From positions 1 through 59,902 of IMG/VR virus record IMGVR_UViG_3300025323_000513: DNA of 59,902 nucleotides. The stretch is one strand, 5' to 3'. This stretch comes from a virus. Lineage: Duplodnaviria; Caudoviricetes. The position numbers and the translations under genes were made by a program. The notes beneath the pieces are model-generated. The model worked only from the letters and a program-made list of their open reading frames with translations. It searched no databases and had not been told where the DNA came from. This document shows, one piece after another, positions 19,359-27,166 of the stretch (positions are counted from its first letter, which is position 1; the number at the start of each line of letters is the position of its first letter).

Positions 19359-19921
19359 GGTTTTTGGTTAGTGGTTTTTAAAGAGAACTTATCCGTGAGC
19401 GCCGCCCTGAGCATTAAAAACTCAGGGCGGTTATCCACAGGTGGACCTAAATTTTTGCTAATACTAGGTTTCTCTTTGTTTCCTTGGTTTTGTGTGTCTA
19501 CTAGGTAGACCGATTTCGGTCTATTCTTTAGACCACTTTTGGTCAATCTTCTAGACTGGTCTACTAGGTTGACTACTTTATCCACAGGCATTTCAAGGTT
19601 AATTTTGTAGAAATTTCCCCTGCTATTTTTTGTTGAAATAACCACCCCTGCACGGACCAGATTTTTGAGTCCTTGAGAGACCGATTGGCGGGATAATCCG
19701 GTGCCATAATCGAGAACGACTCCTCTCCTATCCTTAATCCCCTCCATGAATTGCGAGAAGCTGATACGGTCGGATTCTTTTTGAAAACCGAAGGTGCGGC
19801 GACAGATATAAATTAAGCATCGTGCTTCGGCTTCAGGAATAAGAGGAATAATCTTATCGAGAAGAATATTTGGTAACTGTGTACTATTTGGTATTAAATT
19901 GTATTTTTTATGTTCTTCCAT
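19355..19921 (-). CDS. Replication initiator (lambda O-like N-terminal domain)
   Basis: TQLPN.LLD, YICRRTFGFQK..DRISFSQF, TGLSRQSV; carries internal iterons. Confidence 0.85.
   Translation of the reverse strand: MEEHKKYNLIPNSTQLPNILLDKIIPLIPEAEARCLIYICRRTFGFQKESDRISFSQFMEGIKDRRGVVLDYGTGLSRQSVSQGLKNLVRAGVVISTKNSRGNFYKINLEMPVDKVVNLVDQSRRLTKSGLKNRPKSVYLVDTQNQGNKEKPSISKNLGPPVDNRPEFLMLRAALTDKFSLKTTNQKP
19431..19586. repeat. Putative replication origin A: four GTCWA-N5-TWGAC iterons plus two DnaA boxes
   Basis: Iterons start at 19496, 19519, 19542, 19559; TTATCCACA at 19431 and 19578. Confidence 0.8.
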
Positions 19922-19960
19922 GTTGATGAAGAAAGAAAGCGCCCGTGGGCGATCCTTGAT

Positions 19961-20020
19961 GCTTAGCTCCTGATCTCAATCCTCACGCCACTGCGATGAG
20001 GACTGAGTCAGTGGCCAAGC
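19961..20020 (-). ncRNA. Conserved structured element upstream of rep (copy A)
   Basis: 53/60 identical to 57665-57724, with a compensatory change. Confidence 0.65.
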
Positions 20021-20034
20021 GCCGAGTACTTTCC

Positions 20035-21180
20035 TTATTTTGCTTTTGCTTTGACCTCTGCTTTCTTGGTTGGCTTTTCGACCTTTACTGGCTCACCACT
20101 CATCTCTGCGCTTTGGAGTGCGGTGTGTTTTCTTACAAACTCCTGAACCCTTGCAAATCCTGCTTCCAATGCTTCAGGTCGCAATGATTCGACAACTGTC
20201 CAGCTCATCGTGTTGAAGGCGAACTGAATGGCATCAATCTTTAGTTTCTTCTGGTCTGCGGACTGTCCCGGCCATACAGAGACAAGATAATTCTCGATCT
20301 CCTCAAGCCATCGTTTCTTCATTTGTTTCCATTCATACTTTTCCTCCTCGGTTCGGAAGAGCGTTCCTGCATCTCGTTCAGCCGTAGTCTCAAGTTTTTC
20401 AGGAGCTTCTAGCATCACTTCGATTGCAGGTGCAAAATCCTTGAAATCAGGATTTTCGAAGACCTTGCCATCGATTACAGTTGAACGATCCTTGATGACA
20501 ATTCCTTGTCTCGTCACCTTCTTGATTGATCCACCTTCCATCTCCTGCATGCGTTCCATGAGGACAAGGAGATCGGGCTCGTATGCTGTTTCTCCTTCAA
20601 CCTTCATCTTTATTCCCGACTTATATATTTCTCTTTTTCCTGTTTCTTTATTGATCTCGTTCTCATATTCATATCCGGCACGGCCAGTCATGATGATGTG
20701 GTAGGGATCGCGTACGAAGACATCGGAAAACTCTGTCTTCCATGTCGGCTTGATTACGCCCCAGTCTTGGAATTCGAGACGTGTTCTGCGAACCTTCTCA
20801 GCGTATGACTTGAGGAAGTTCTCCCAGACATGGCTGATTGAATCGATGATGAGAACGTCACTCGCGCCTTCTCTCATGCGGGTCATTGTCTCTTTGAGGT
20901 CGGCAAGGGATTTTGATTCGCGGACCAGTACCTCAATCCCTTCTGCTACAAACATGGATTTGAGGAACTTGGCCGCTTTTTCAGTATCGAAGATGATGAC
21001 TGGTTTCTTCGACCCAACTCTCTTATGTAGACCTATGGCAACTTTGGCTGCCGTGTACGTCTTACCCGTTCCAGCGAAGCCTTCAAAGGCTGCCTTGAAA
21101 TAGGGTTTGGTGTTGCCGATCAGCGCGAAGAAGTTATCTTGCGCCTTTGGCTTACTTGTTGTTATATTTTGTGTGTTCAT
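20035..21180 (-). CDS. AAA_24/Sak4-like P-loop ATPase
   Basis: GFAGTGKT, IFDTE, LIIDSISHVW, YEPD. Confidence 0.8.
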   Translation of the reverse strand: MNTQNITTSKPKAQDNFFALIGNTKPYFKAAFEGFAGTGKTYTAAKVAIGLHKRVGSKKPVIIFDTEKAAKFLKSMFVAEGIEVLVRESKSLADLKETMTRMREGASDVLIIDSISHVWENFLKSYAEKVRRTRLEFQDWGVIKPTWKTEFSDVFVRDPYHIIMTGRAGYEYENEINKETGKREIYKSGIKMKVEGETAYEPDLLVLMERMQEMEGGSIKKVTRQGIVIKDRSTVIDGKVFENPDFKDFAPAIEVMLEAPEKLETTAERDAGTLFRTEEEKYEWKQMKKRWLEEIENYLVSVWPGQSADQKKLKIDAIQFAFNTMSWTVVESLRPEALEAGFARVQEFVRKHTALQSAEMSGEPVKVEKPTKKAEVKAKAK

Positions 21181-21188
21181 TATGGTTA

Positions 21189-21262
21189 TTGACTTCCCAT
21201 AGGTTTTTTGAGAGAATGAATCTATCTGACGGATCCAATCTCTCCCTGCGGGGAGATTTTAT
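21189..21262 (+). ncRNA. Putative tiny antisense RNA unit (promoter + terminator), copy A
   Basis: TTGACT-17-GAGAAT, then hairpin AATCTCTCC-CTGC-GGGGAGATT and T tract. Confidence 0.55.
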
Positions 21263-21561
21263 TTTCTGAATAATTTAGTAATTCTCTTGTCGGCTTCTGC
21301 CAGCATCGTTTCATTGATCTGACTCATGATTTCGCTGAACAATCTGTCCCGGATAATGCCGTGTGCCATTGTTATGGCTTTGTCATTTTCCGCATCAAGA
21401 TTGGTGAGCTTTCCCATGATGTCGCCGGTGAATTCCGCTACTTCGTCGAGCATGTGAGGCAGGATCTGTTCGTCGACAATTGTCGGTGCTTTATCCTTCA
21501 CGAGTTTCAATGCTTCTCTGGCTAGCGTTTTCATCTTGGTTTGTAATGGCGTCATGTGCAT
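21259..21561 (-). CDS. Conserved hypothetical early protein
   Basis: Strongly similar paralog at 59004-59297. Confidence 0.8.
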   Translation of the reverse strand: MHMTPLQTKMKTLAREALKLVKDKAPTIVDEQILPHMLDEVAEFTGDIMGKLTNLDAENDKAITMAHGIIRDRLFSEIMSQINETMLAEADKRITKLFRK

Positions 21562-21796
21562 ATCCTTGAATTCTTCGTCTGCGGATTTCCGCCTTCTCTT
21601 TGAGCATGGTTTGTCGCTCTTTACTGAGAGATTGGTTCTTCCGTAACCGAATTTCTTTAGGTTGATAATCTATATCGATGACATCACCTATGTTCAACCG
21701 ATATTTTCCTGTGAGCCATTTTCCTTCGAGGATGAGGGCAGGAATGCCATATCTCCGATAGGTAACTGCTCGGGTACTTTTAGGTTTGTTTTTCAT
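21491..21796 (-). CDS. SymE-like (AbrB-fold) protein
   Basis: PALILEGKWL...IGDVIDI..QPKEIRL matches the SymE pattern; paralog at 59236. Confidence 0.65.
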   Translation of the reverse strand: MKNKPKSTRAVTYRRYGIPALILEGKWLTGKYRLNIGDVIDIDYQPKEIRLRKNQSLSKERQTMLKEKAEIRRRRIQGYAHDAITNQDENASQRSIETREG

Positions 21797-21843
21797 TGGT
21801 AGCATCTGCCGTTGTACATCGGCTGATCCTTTTCAGGACAATG
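21794..21843 (-). ncRNA. Three-way-junction RNA motif, copy 1 (covers symE-like ATG)
   Basis: CATTG-TCCT-GAAA-AGGA-TCAGCCG..CGGCAGATGCTAC-CAATG. Confidence 0.75.
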
Positions 21844-21850
21844 ATTTTGA

Positions 21851-22210
21851 TTAGATTCCCTTATCCACTATCACCTCATTAGCAAAGTGGTTTTTAAGGA
21901 ATTGATCTACAAGCTCGCGCTTTCCTTTGCTACCTATATGCCAGGTTGTAATCTCACGAATCGGCTGATCACTTTTGTATTCGTAGATTGTCACAATGGT
22001 TGGTTTTCTCGCACTTCCATCTTTGAAAGCCCATTCAACACGCACTTTGCTGTCACCGGATCTCCAGTCACCTTCTTGCGTGCAGTCATGTGGCTCTCCA
22101 AACTTTTCGACAAGCTGTTCGTATGTGGCTTTTATATACCGGTAGAAACCAGACCCCCACACATCCTTAAATTTGGCTTTTGTGAATTTAGAGTTAGATT
22201 TCATAATCAT
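21851..22210 (-). CDS. Hypothetical early protein (prophage A only)
   Basis: ATYEQLVEKFGEP...KVRVEW...TIYEYK...WHIG; no counterpart in prophage B. Confidence 0.75.
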   Translation of the reverse strand: MIMKSNSKFTKAKFKDVWGSGFYRYIKATYEQLVEKFGEPHDCTQEGDWRSGDSKVRVEWAFKDGSARKPTIVTIYEYKSDQPIREITTWHIGSKGKRELVDQFLKNHFANEVIVDKGI

Positions 22211-22255
22211 TTGTTGGTTAATAATTTCGACCTTTATAGACGATTCCCGGATATG

Positions 22256-22282
22256 AAAAAGACCCGGTATTACCAGGTCTTT
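22256..22282 (-). terminator. Terminator after the replacement gap 3' end (A)
   Basis: AAAGACCTGG-TAATA-CCGGGTCTTTTT. Confidence 0.7.
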
Positions 22283-22314
22283 AAATCAATTTATTAAGTT
22301 GTGAATCTTGGTCG

Positions 22315-22410
22315 CTAGACTAATCTACCGGCAGCAATGACATGATTTACGAGGGTGTATGTGTACCCTAGTTCATTGCTGTACCATGTCAGCTGTTTAG
22401 ACCTTTTCAT
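22315..22410 (-). CDS. Putative 31-aa leaderless ORF spanning att
   Basis: TGA-TACAAT extended -10 lies 7 nt before ATG; MKRSKQLTWYSNELGYTYTLVNHVIAAGRLV. Confidence 0.4.
   Translation of the reverse strand: MKRSKQLTWYSNELGYTYTLVNHVIAAGRLV
22331..22386. repeat. att junction between prophages B and A; recoded gap 3' end
   Basis: 40/56 nt identical to 59772-59827 with a perfect 10-bp core; minus strand encodes WYSNELGYTYTLVNHVIAA. Confidence 0.85.
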
Positions 22411-22580
22411 GGAGCTTATTGTATCACTTTTTCGAGAAAAAACCTCGCCCGCTCACCTGCTAAAATTCCGAGGACATCTCAGAAACTCAGCAGGCGAGCG
22501 AAGTGTGTAGTTGTCAAAGGACTTACAACTACGATTTTACCCGAACTCCTGACACATAGCAAGCAACAAAACGGACATTG

Positions 22581-22820
22581 TTAACAACTCATCAGGCCAG
22601 GATATTTGCTTTTGACAACCCCTGAAGATTGGGCTTTTTTGTCTCCCCTTTTAGCCTTTTCCCGTATGTATATTTCATGCACGGTTGATCGGGACAGGAA
22701 TTTCCCGGTCTTTTTATTCTTGTAGCGTTTCGCAAGACTCGCAAACGTATGAAGGACCGGATCGAGGTCATGCAACCTTACGATCTCGTCGTTCCTTTTC
22801 TGATGTGGCTGATTTGCCAT
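22581..22820 (-). CDS. Small basic HTH-like protein (regulator or excisionase candidate)
   Basis: KRNDEIVRL...TFASLAKRY...LSRSTVHEIY; between integrase and att; palindrome TTCGATTT-GTGA-AAATCGAA next to TATGAT upstream. Confidence 0.65.
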   Translation of the reverse strand: MANQPHQKRNDEIVRLHDLDPVLHTFASLAKRYKNKKTGKFLSRSTVHEIYIREKAKRGDKKAQSSGVVKSKYPGLMSC

Positions 22821-22864
22821 ATACGACTAATCATATTCGATTTTCACAAATCGAAAAGTAGGAA

Positions 22865-24004
22865 TTATACTTTTGACCACTTTCCGCCTCCTGGCGTGCG
22901 TACGACAGTCGCTCTTTTGGGAGCATTTATAAACTGATGATGCGATGGGACGTTTCCTTTTTGCATGTACTCGATAAAGTTTTCGAGGACTTCTTGTGCG
23001 TTGTCCAGACCATCCATGCTAGCAAGGCTTTTAAGATTTTTATTGAGTCTAGCCTTATCTTGTTTCGGATTACCTGGGTTATTCTTTTGGAATACCTGCC
23101 ATCTCTCCTTCAGGTCATTCCCCCACATCATGGTGTAGAACTGTGAGCTCTCAAGGTTTGAGTGTCCGAGGATGTTAGTAACGTCTGCACTTGCTCCACC
23201 CTCTTTGATAATCTTGCGACCTCCATAATGTCGAGCGGAGTGTGCATTGAAGATGGTCGGCAAACCAGCACGATTTGAGGTCATACGGAATACTTCACAA
23301 ACTCCACGTCCGGTCATTCGTTTACCGCGCACATCGTATGCCGCACATTTTCTAATTGAGGTAAATACTGCACCCTGATCTTCGAATGTCATCTTGTCTT
23401 GAATCTGGGATTTTTTCTTCAACCATGCTTTTAGATATTTTCCTGTTTGTGCTGTCCAGAATATTTCTCGGATAGGTCGGCGACCTCTCGACTTCTCTGT
23501 TTTAATAATTGCAGAGCCCGAGCAGTCCTTATTGAACACAAGGTCTTCTTCATTGAGCGAGACAATTTCGCCGGCGCGTGCCCACGAATCCCATACTATG
23601 TGTATCAGAGCAAGGTTTCGAATATTGTTTGGATTCGTATCGCGCGGGACCGCTTTCACCATCTTCTTAAAGTCTGCCTCATTTGCCACTCGAGGAATAT
23701 TGAATTCCTTTTTAGGTAACGGGATGAGTGATTCGTTGACGCATCGATATCCCTTTAGATTGTAGTATTCAAAAAACTTTCTCAATGCAAGAGCAACAAT
23801 CGTTATGCCATTTCTTTTCCACCCTAAACGCTCCATTTCTTTCATGTAATGGAGGATGTGATGTATTTGTACTTGCTCAATATCGGGGTCACCGAATGTT
23901 AAGCAAAAAATACGGAGGACCGCATCGTAGCGGATCACCGTTTGGCCAGAGACTTTAAAGCCTCTCCAATTTTTAAATTCTTCTATTGCTTCGCTAAATT
24001 TCAT
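22865..24004 (-). CDS. int: Tyrosine integrase
   Basis: RNLALI...ARAGE, HSARH, LGHSNL...Y catalytic residues; start MKFSEA. Confidence 0.92.
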   Translation of the reverse strand: MKFSEAIEEFKNWRGFKVSGQTVIRYDAVLRIFCLTFGDPDIEQVQIHHILHYMKEMERLGWKRNGITIVALALRKFFEYYNLKGYRCVNESLIPLPKKEFNIPRVANEADFKKMVKAVPRDTNPNNIRNLALIHIVWDSWARAGEIVSLNEEDLVFNKDCSGSAIIKTEKSRGRRPIREIFWTAQTGKYLKAWLKKKSQIQDKMTFEDQGAVFTSIRKCAAYDVRGKRMTGRGVCEVFRMTSNRAGLPTIFNAHSARHYGGRKIIKEGGASADVTNILGHSNLESSQFYTMMWGNDLKERWQVFQKNNPGNPKQDKARLNKNLKSLASMDGLDNAQEVLENFIEYMQKGNVPSHHQFINAPKRATVVRTPGGGKWSKV

Positions 24005-24240
24005 ATTATGGCCAACCAAAAAGTCCACCCAGATGCTAATCAAAGTGGACTTTTGGCGGCCTAATACTAATTAGTTTTTGGCCATTCCCAAGCTTGGGAT
24101 CATACCCTCTCGGGTATGCTCTCTCATCTTACTCTATTCCTTGTGGACATAGCAAGATGATGCTCGGGTCAAAGTCTCATTGTTAGCATCTGCCGTTTCC
24201 GGCTGATCCCTTTCGGGACAATGGAATCTTATTCGGTTGT
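24004..24240 (-). ncRNA. Structured integrase leader RNA with motif copy 2 (24178-24223) and complementary-loop hairpin (24004-24066)
   Basis: Five consecutive stem-loop elements between promoter and int ATG. Confidence 0.7.
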
Positions 24241-24247
24241 GCACTCT

Positions 24248-24276
24248 ATCCTAGTAGAGTGTGTACCTATTGTCAA
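24248..24276 (-). promoter_or_regulatory. Sigma70 promoter of leader RNA/integrase
   Basis: TTGACA-17 nt-TAGGAT. Confidence 0.75.
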
Positions 24277-24358
24277 GAAGGACAATGTATGGTTTAAAGT
24301 TTAACAACTAGAAAGTCTATAAAGTCAATTAAAATAAGGGTTTTTTGAAGGTACAAGA

Positions 24359-24391
24359 AAAATGTCGCATCACCTTTTGGGTGATGCGACA
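24359..24391 (-). terminator. Terminator after PRTase gene
   Basis: TGTCGCATCACC-CAAAA-GGTGATGCGACA then TTTTT. Confidence 0.8.
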
Positions 24392-24414
24392 GGTGTTTAA
24401 CAGATGAGGACGAA

Positions 24415-25416
24415 TTATTTGAGCATTTTTAACCTATTTTCCAAAAAGCCGACGATTTCCATGCCTAACGATGGCGGGCTTTGGTGAGAGCCGATTTCGA
24501 TAGGTAAAGAAACCCTTGGATTCTGCCCCAGGAGCTCTCCTATCGTCATTTTCTGCCCCACACGGCCGAATAACTCGATACTTGTCTCTAGGCAAAGCCT
24601 CGACAAATCTCGAGCCCCCTCAATCGGTAGGCTTGCCCACTCCTCGATCTTGCCGAATGGCAGGATATAAGGATAAGCACAGCTTGAGCCGTCCGCAGTT
24701 CGGACTGGCATAAAGCCGTGCGAGACAGGCTCTCCAAGGACACGTCCGCAGTTCGGGATGAATGGGATGAGGTCGTGGTCAGGAATCCAGTCGAGAAGGT
24801 TCTCGATCGGATGCACTATCACAAGCTCACCCTTGAAGACATGGCCGAGAACAAACTTTGCTCTTGTGCAACAGAATCCGATTACAATTGCCGTGACTGT
24901 GATACCTCGACTATTGAGCTCATGAAGTACGAATCGAAGAGTGCCACCACTGAATGCACCATCTTCGATGAGAACAACAGAACGACCGGCGATTTTCTTT
25001 GCCAGGTCGTCGAATTTCTTATCGAGAGGCCTGAAACCAGGACGAGGACCATGCCCGATCAACTGTCCGTCTGTGTTGAACAGCCGGTTGATGTTGAGGA
25101 GTAGACCTTCGCTTTTCGGATTTGAGTTGGCGATTTCTGGGCATGTGCTGAGGACCGCCTGCTGACCAAGGTCAGTGATACGGGCATCAACTTGCTCCCA
25201 GATTTTGCGCCGGAGTTCACTCATCTCGATCGTGTCGATCGTAATGCCTGGTAGAGCCTGCTGTATCTTTTGAAACAGGCCCATGTGAAAACGTTCGAAC
25301 AATTGATCGTCCGGACGCGGGATTGTGAGCGTCTTCGGGCGGAATGCCTGAAGACGACTTGCCACGTCATAGGTAACCACGTAGGTCCCATGACGAGTCG
25401 GTTGGACTATTTGCAT
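24415..25416 (-). CDS. Phosphoribosyltransferase-domain protein
   Basis: VVLIEDGAFSGGTL PRPP-binding loop. Confidence 0.75.
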   Translation of the reverse strand: MQIVQPTRHGTYVVTYDVASRLQAFRPKTLTIPRPDDQLFERFHMGLFQKIQQALPGITIDTIEMSELRRKIWEQVDARITDLGQQAVLSTCPEIANSNPKSEGLLLNINRLFNTDGQLIGHGPRPGFRPLDKKFDDLAKKIAGRSVVLIEDGAFSGGTLRFVLHELNSRGITVTAIVIGFCCTRAKFVLGHVFKGELVIVHPIENLLDWIPDHDLIPFIPNCGRVLGEPVSHGFMPVRTADGSSCAYPYILPFGKIEEWASLPIEGARDLSRLCLETSIELFGRVGQKMTIGELLGQNPRVSLPIEIGSHQSPPSLGMEIVGFLENRLKMLK

Positions 25417-25505
25417 GGGACCCTCCTTTTGGTTTTTGGTTTGTGAATGAAAAAGAACTGATATTGTCAGTCCTTAGTTTAACTTTTTCTGAGTGTTAGA
25501 GCGAA

Positions 25506-25826
25506 TTATTTTTGCTCATCCTTCATTCGCTCAATCATCATCTTGTATCCACCTGTTCCTTCCTTAAGCCAACGACTGATTTTTGCGATTGTAGCCATCG
25601 CCTCACCAGAGCTTTCCTGAATCTTTTCATAAGTTTCGCCGGCATCCAGTTTCTTTGCAACTTCCCATCGCATTGCGAATTCTCGCAAGTCTCTCTCACT
25701 CATGAGATCCCTGAAAAACATCTTTAATTCTTCTTCATTTTTCAACGACAAAAAGACCTTTAGTAAATCAGGGGATTTTTCCTTGATCTCTGCCCATATT
25801 CCATTTTTTTCTTCTTCTGGGATCAT
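25506..25826 (-). CDS. TrpR-like (YerC/YecD) protein
   Basis: FFRDLMSERDL..FAMRWEVAKKL..GETYEKI..SG...ATIAKISRWL..GTGGY. Confidence 0.85.
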   Translation of the reverse strand: MIPEEEKNGIWAEIKEKSPDLLKVFLSLKNEEELKMFFRDLMSERDLREFAMRWEVAKKLDAGETYEKIQESSGEAMATIAKISRWLKEGTGGYKMMIERMKDEQK

Positions 25827-25905
25827 ACGTTCCTTAAGTATACCAATTTTCAGGCGCGAAGTGGAGAGTTGAGGATTTCTTTACCTTTTCTTTATTAAAA
25901 ATTGA

Positions 25906-26289
25906 CTATTCCACGAGCTTGAAATCCCTCATTTCTTCCTGTGCCCTATCTAAATCCTCGCATACCCTTGCTGCTACATCCTTTGTTTTCTGGCTGTCTC
26001 TGTTCTCAAAAACAAACTCCACATCATCGTCATCTATAAAAGTTGCCAGAGATATATAGGCGGCGGCGAGTAATTTCATTCTCTCTCTCAGAGCCTGTTT
26101 CATTTTAGCTTTGGGCTGGGAAAGTTGAGAAAGCCGATTGAATATCTCGTGCCGGTTGAAAGGTATTCGAATGTGTTCGGCAACTTTGCGGACTGCCTCC
26201 ATGTCATCTTCTTCCACAGTACGAACATACCGAGAAGAGATTTTGAAGTCTAGGAGGACTTTACCAACAGACCTCTGGTTTCTCTCCAA
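25906..26289 (-). CDS. Hypothetical protein (start uncertain)
   Basis: ORF fills the gap between sppA and the TrpR-like gene. Confidence 0.5.
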   Translation of the reverse strand: MERNQRSVGKVLLDFKISSRYVRTVEEDDMEAVRKVAEHIRIPFNRHEIFNRLSQLSQPKAKMKQALRERMKLLAAAYISLATFIDDDDVEFVFENRDSQKTKDVAARVCEDLDRAQEEMRDFKLVE

Positions 26290-27130
26290 TTTTTTCCTCG
26301 ATATAGTTTTTCACTTCAGTATATCCACCAATGCTATCGATTAAGCCGAGCTCCTTTGCGCGCTCTCCAAGAATCGAAGAACCGTCAGCTATTGCTTGAA
26401 CTTTCTCAATCGGAATATTTCTATTGGTTGAGACATCTTGGATAAAGTTTTCATGGATAATTTTCAAGTCTCGAATAATGAGAGTTTTTTCTTCGTCAGT
26501 GAGCGTCTTGTCTGGACTACCGGCATCTTTGTATTTACCCGCGCTCAGCTGGATGTATTTGAGCCCTTCTTTTTCATTCTTCGAAACGTTATCGAGATAG
26601 GATGTTGTGACCCCAATGCTACCCACATCGGAATTCTTTGATGCGAATATCTGATCAGCTGTGGTGATTGCCCAATATGCTGCCGAAGTTCCGCTCTGGC
26701 GAATAAAGGCCACTACAGGCTTACTTGATGCCTTTATTGCATTGGCTACTTCTTCGCCTGCGACAGGATAACCTCCGAGAGAATCCACTTCCACAATAAC
26801 AGCTTTGATATTTTCATCATCTTCAGCAGATTCTAGCAAGCCCATTATTTCTTCACTCCCTACCACATCTTTATTGCTCATTAATTCATCGTCGTTGCTT
26901 TCAGGTACGTATGTATAGAGGTCGCCATGAAGATTGATGCCTAAGACGTTGCATGAGGAAGTGTCTTCATCTTCTGAATATTCGGATGCCACTGTGTCCA
27001 GCTTGAACGAGTCGTATACAGCCTCACTAGCAATGCTCATTGCAAAAAAGAGTATCAAAACACCGACGACATAGAATTTTCGTCGGTGTTTGTGTACAAA
27101 TTCGAGGGCTTTTTTCTCTGACTGCTGCAT
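26261..27130 (-). CDS. sppA: Signal peptide peptidase SppA (S49)
   Basis: N-terminal TM; VDSLGG, SAAYW, VGSIGV, AGKYKD, ADGS, GLID. Confidence 0.9.
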   Translation of the reverse strand: MQQSEKKALEFVHKHRRKFYVVGVLILFFAMSIASEAVYDSFKLDTVASEYSEDEDTSSCNVLGINLHGDLYTYVPESNDDELMSNKDVVGSEEIMGLLESAEDDENIKAVIVEVDSLGGYPVAGEEVANAIKASSKPVVAFIRQSGTSAAYWAITTADQIFASKNSDVGSIGVTTSYLDNVSKNEKEGLKYIQLSAGKYKDAGSPDKTLTDEEKTLIIRDLKIIHENFIQDVSTNRNIPIEKVQAIADGSSILGERAKELGLIDSIGGYTEVKNYIEEKIGEKPEVCW

Positions 27131-27166
27131 ATATGGAGTAAGTTTATCAGCTTTTGAGCTCGTCCG

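Larger units (their letters stand above)
1..22370 (-). mobile_element. Prophage A, HK97-like siphovirus (left part outside window)
   Basis: Contiguous early-replication-methylase-terminase-head-tail-lysis gene order, bounded on the right by a duplicated gap 3' end. Confidence 0.9.

Noticed and set aside
19961-20020. HDV-like, twister or pistol ribozyme identity for the rep-leader element
   Set aside because: I could not fit the nested P3/P1.1/P4 or other catalytic cores by eye; left as an unknown structure
22865-24004. Integrase belonging to prophage A, with 24.4-35 kb as host DNA
   Set aside because: The gap-derived att repeat lies at 22331-22386, left of int, so int and the cargo fall inside prophage B
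22554-24157. ACATAGCAAG repeated on either side of int and the HTH gene
   Set aside because: Only two 10-bp copies, one inside an RNA stem; not enough to call arm-type sites
24178-24223. Resemblance of the motif to the SAM-III (SMK) riboswitch (CCCGAAAGG-AU...CAGAUGC)
   Set aside because: As I recall the SMK consensus, it needs a 3' CUUGUAACCGAAA...GGGG segment, which is absent here; CCC instead pairs locally with GGG, with compensation. Not called a riboswitch without an Rfam search or in-line probing.
24259-24270. ATAGGTACACAC in the int promoter spacer resembling the att core TAGGGTACAC
   Set aside because: Needs a 1-nt gap and is short; could be chance or an Int autoregulation site, but unsupported
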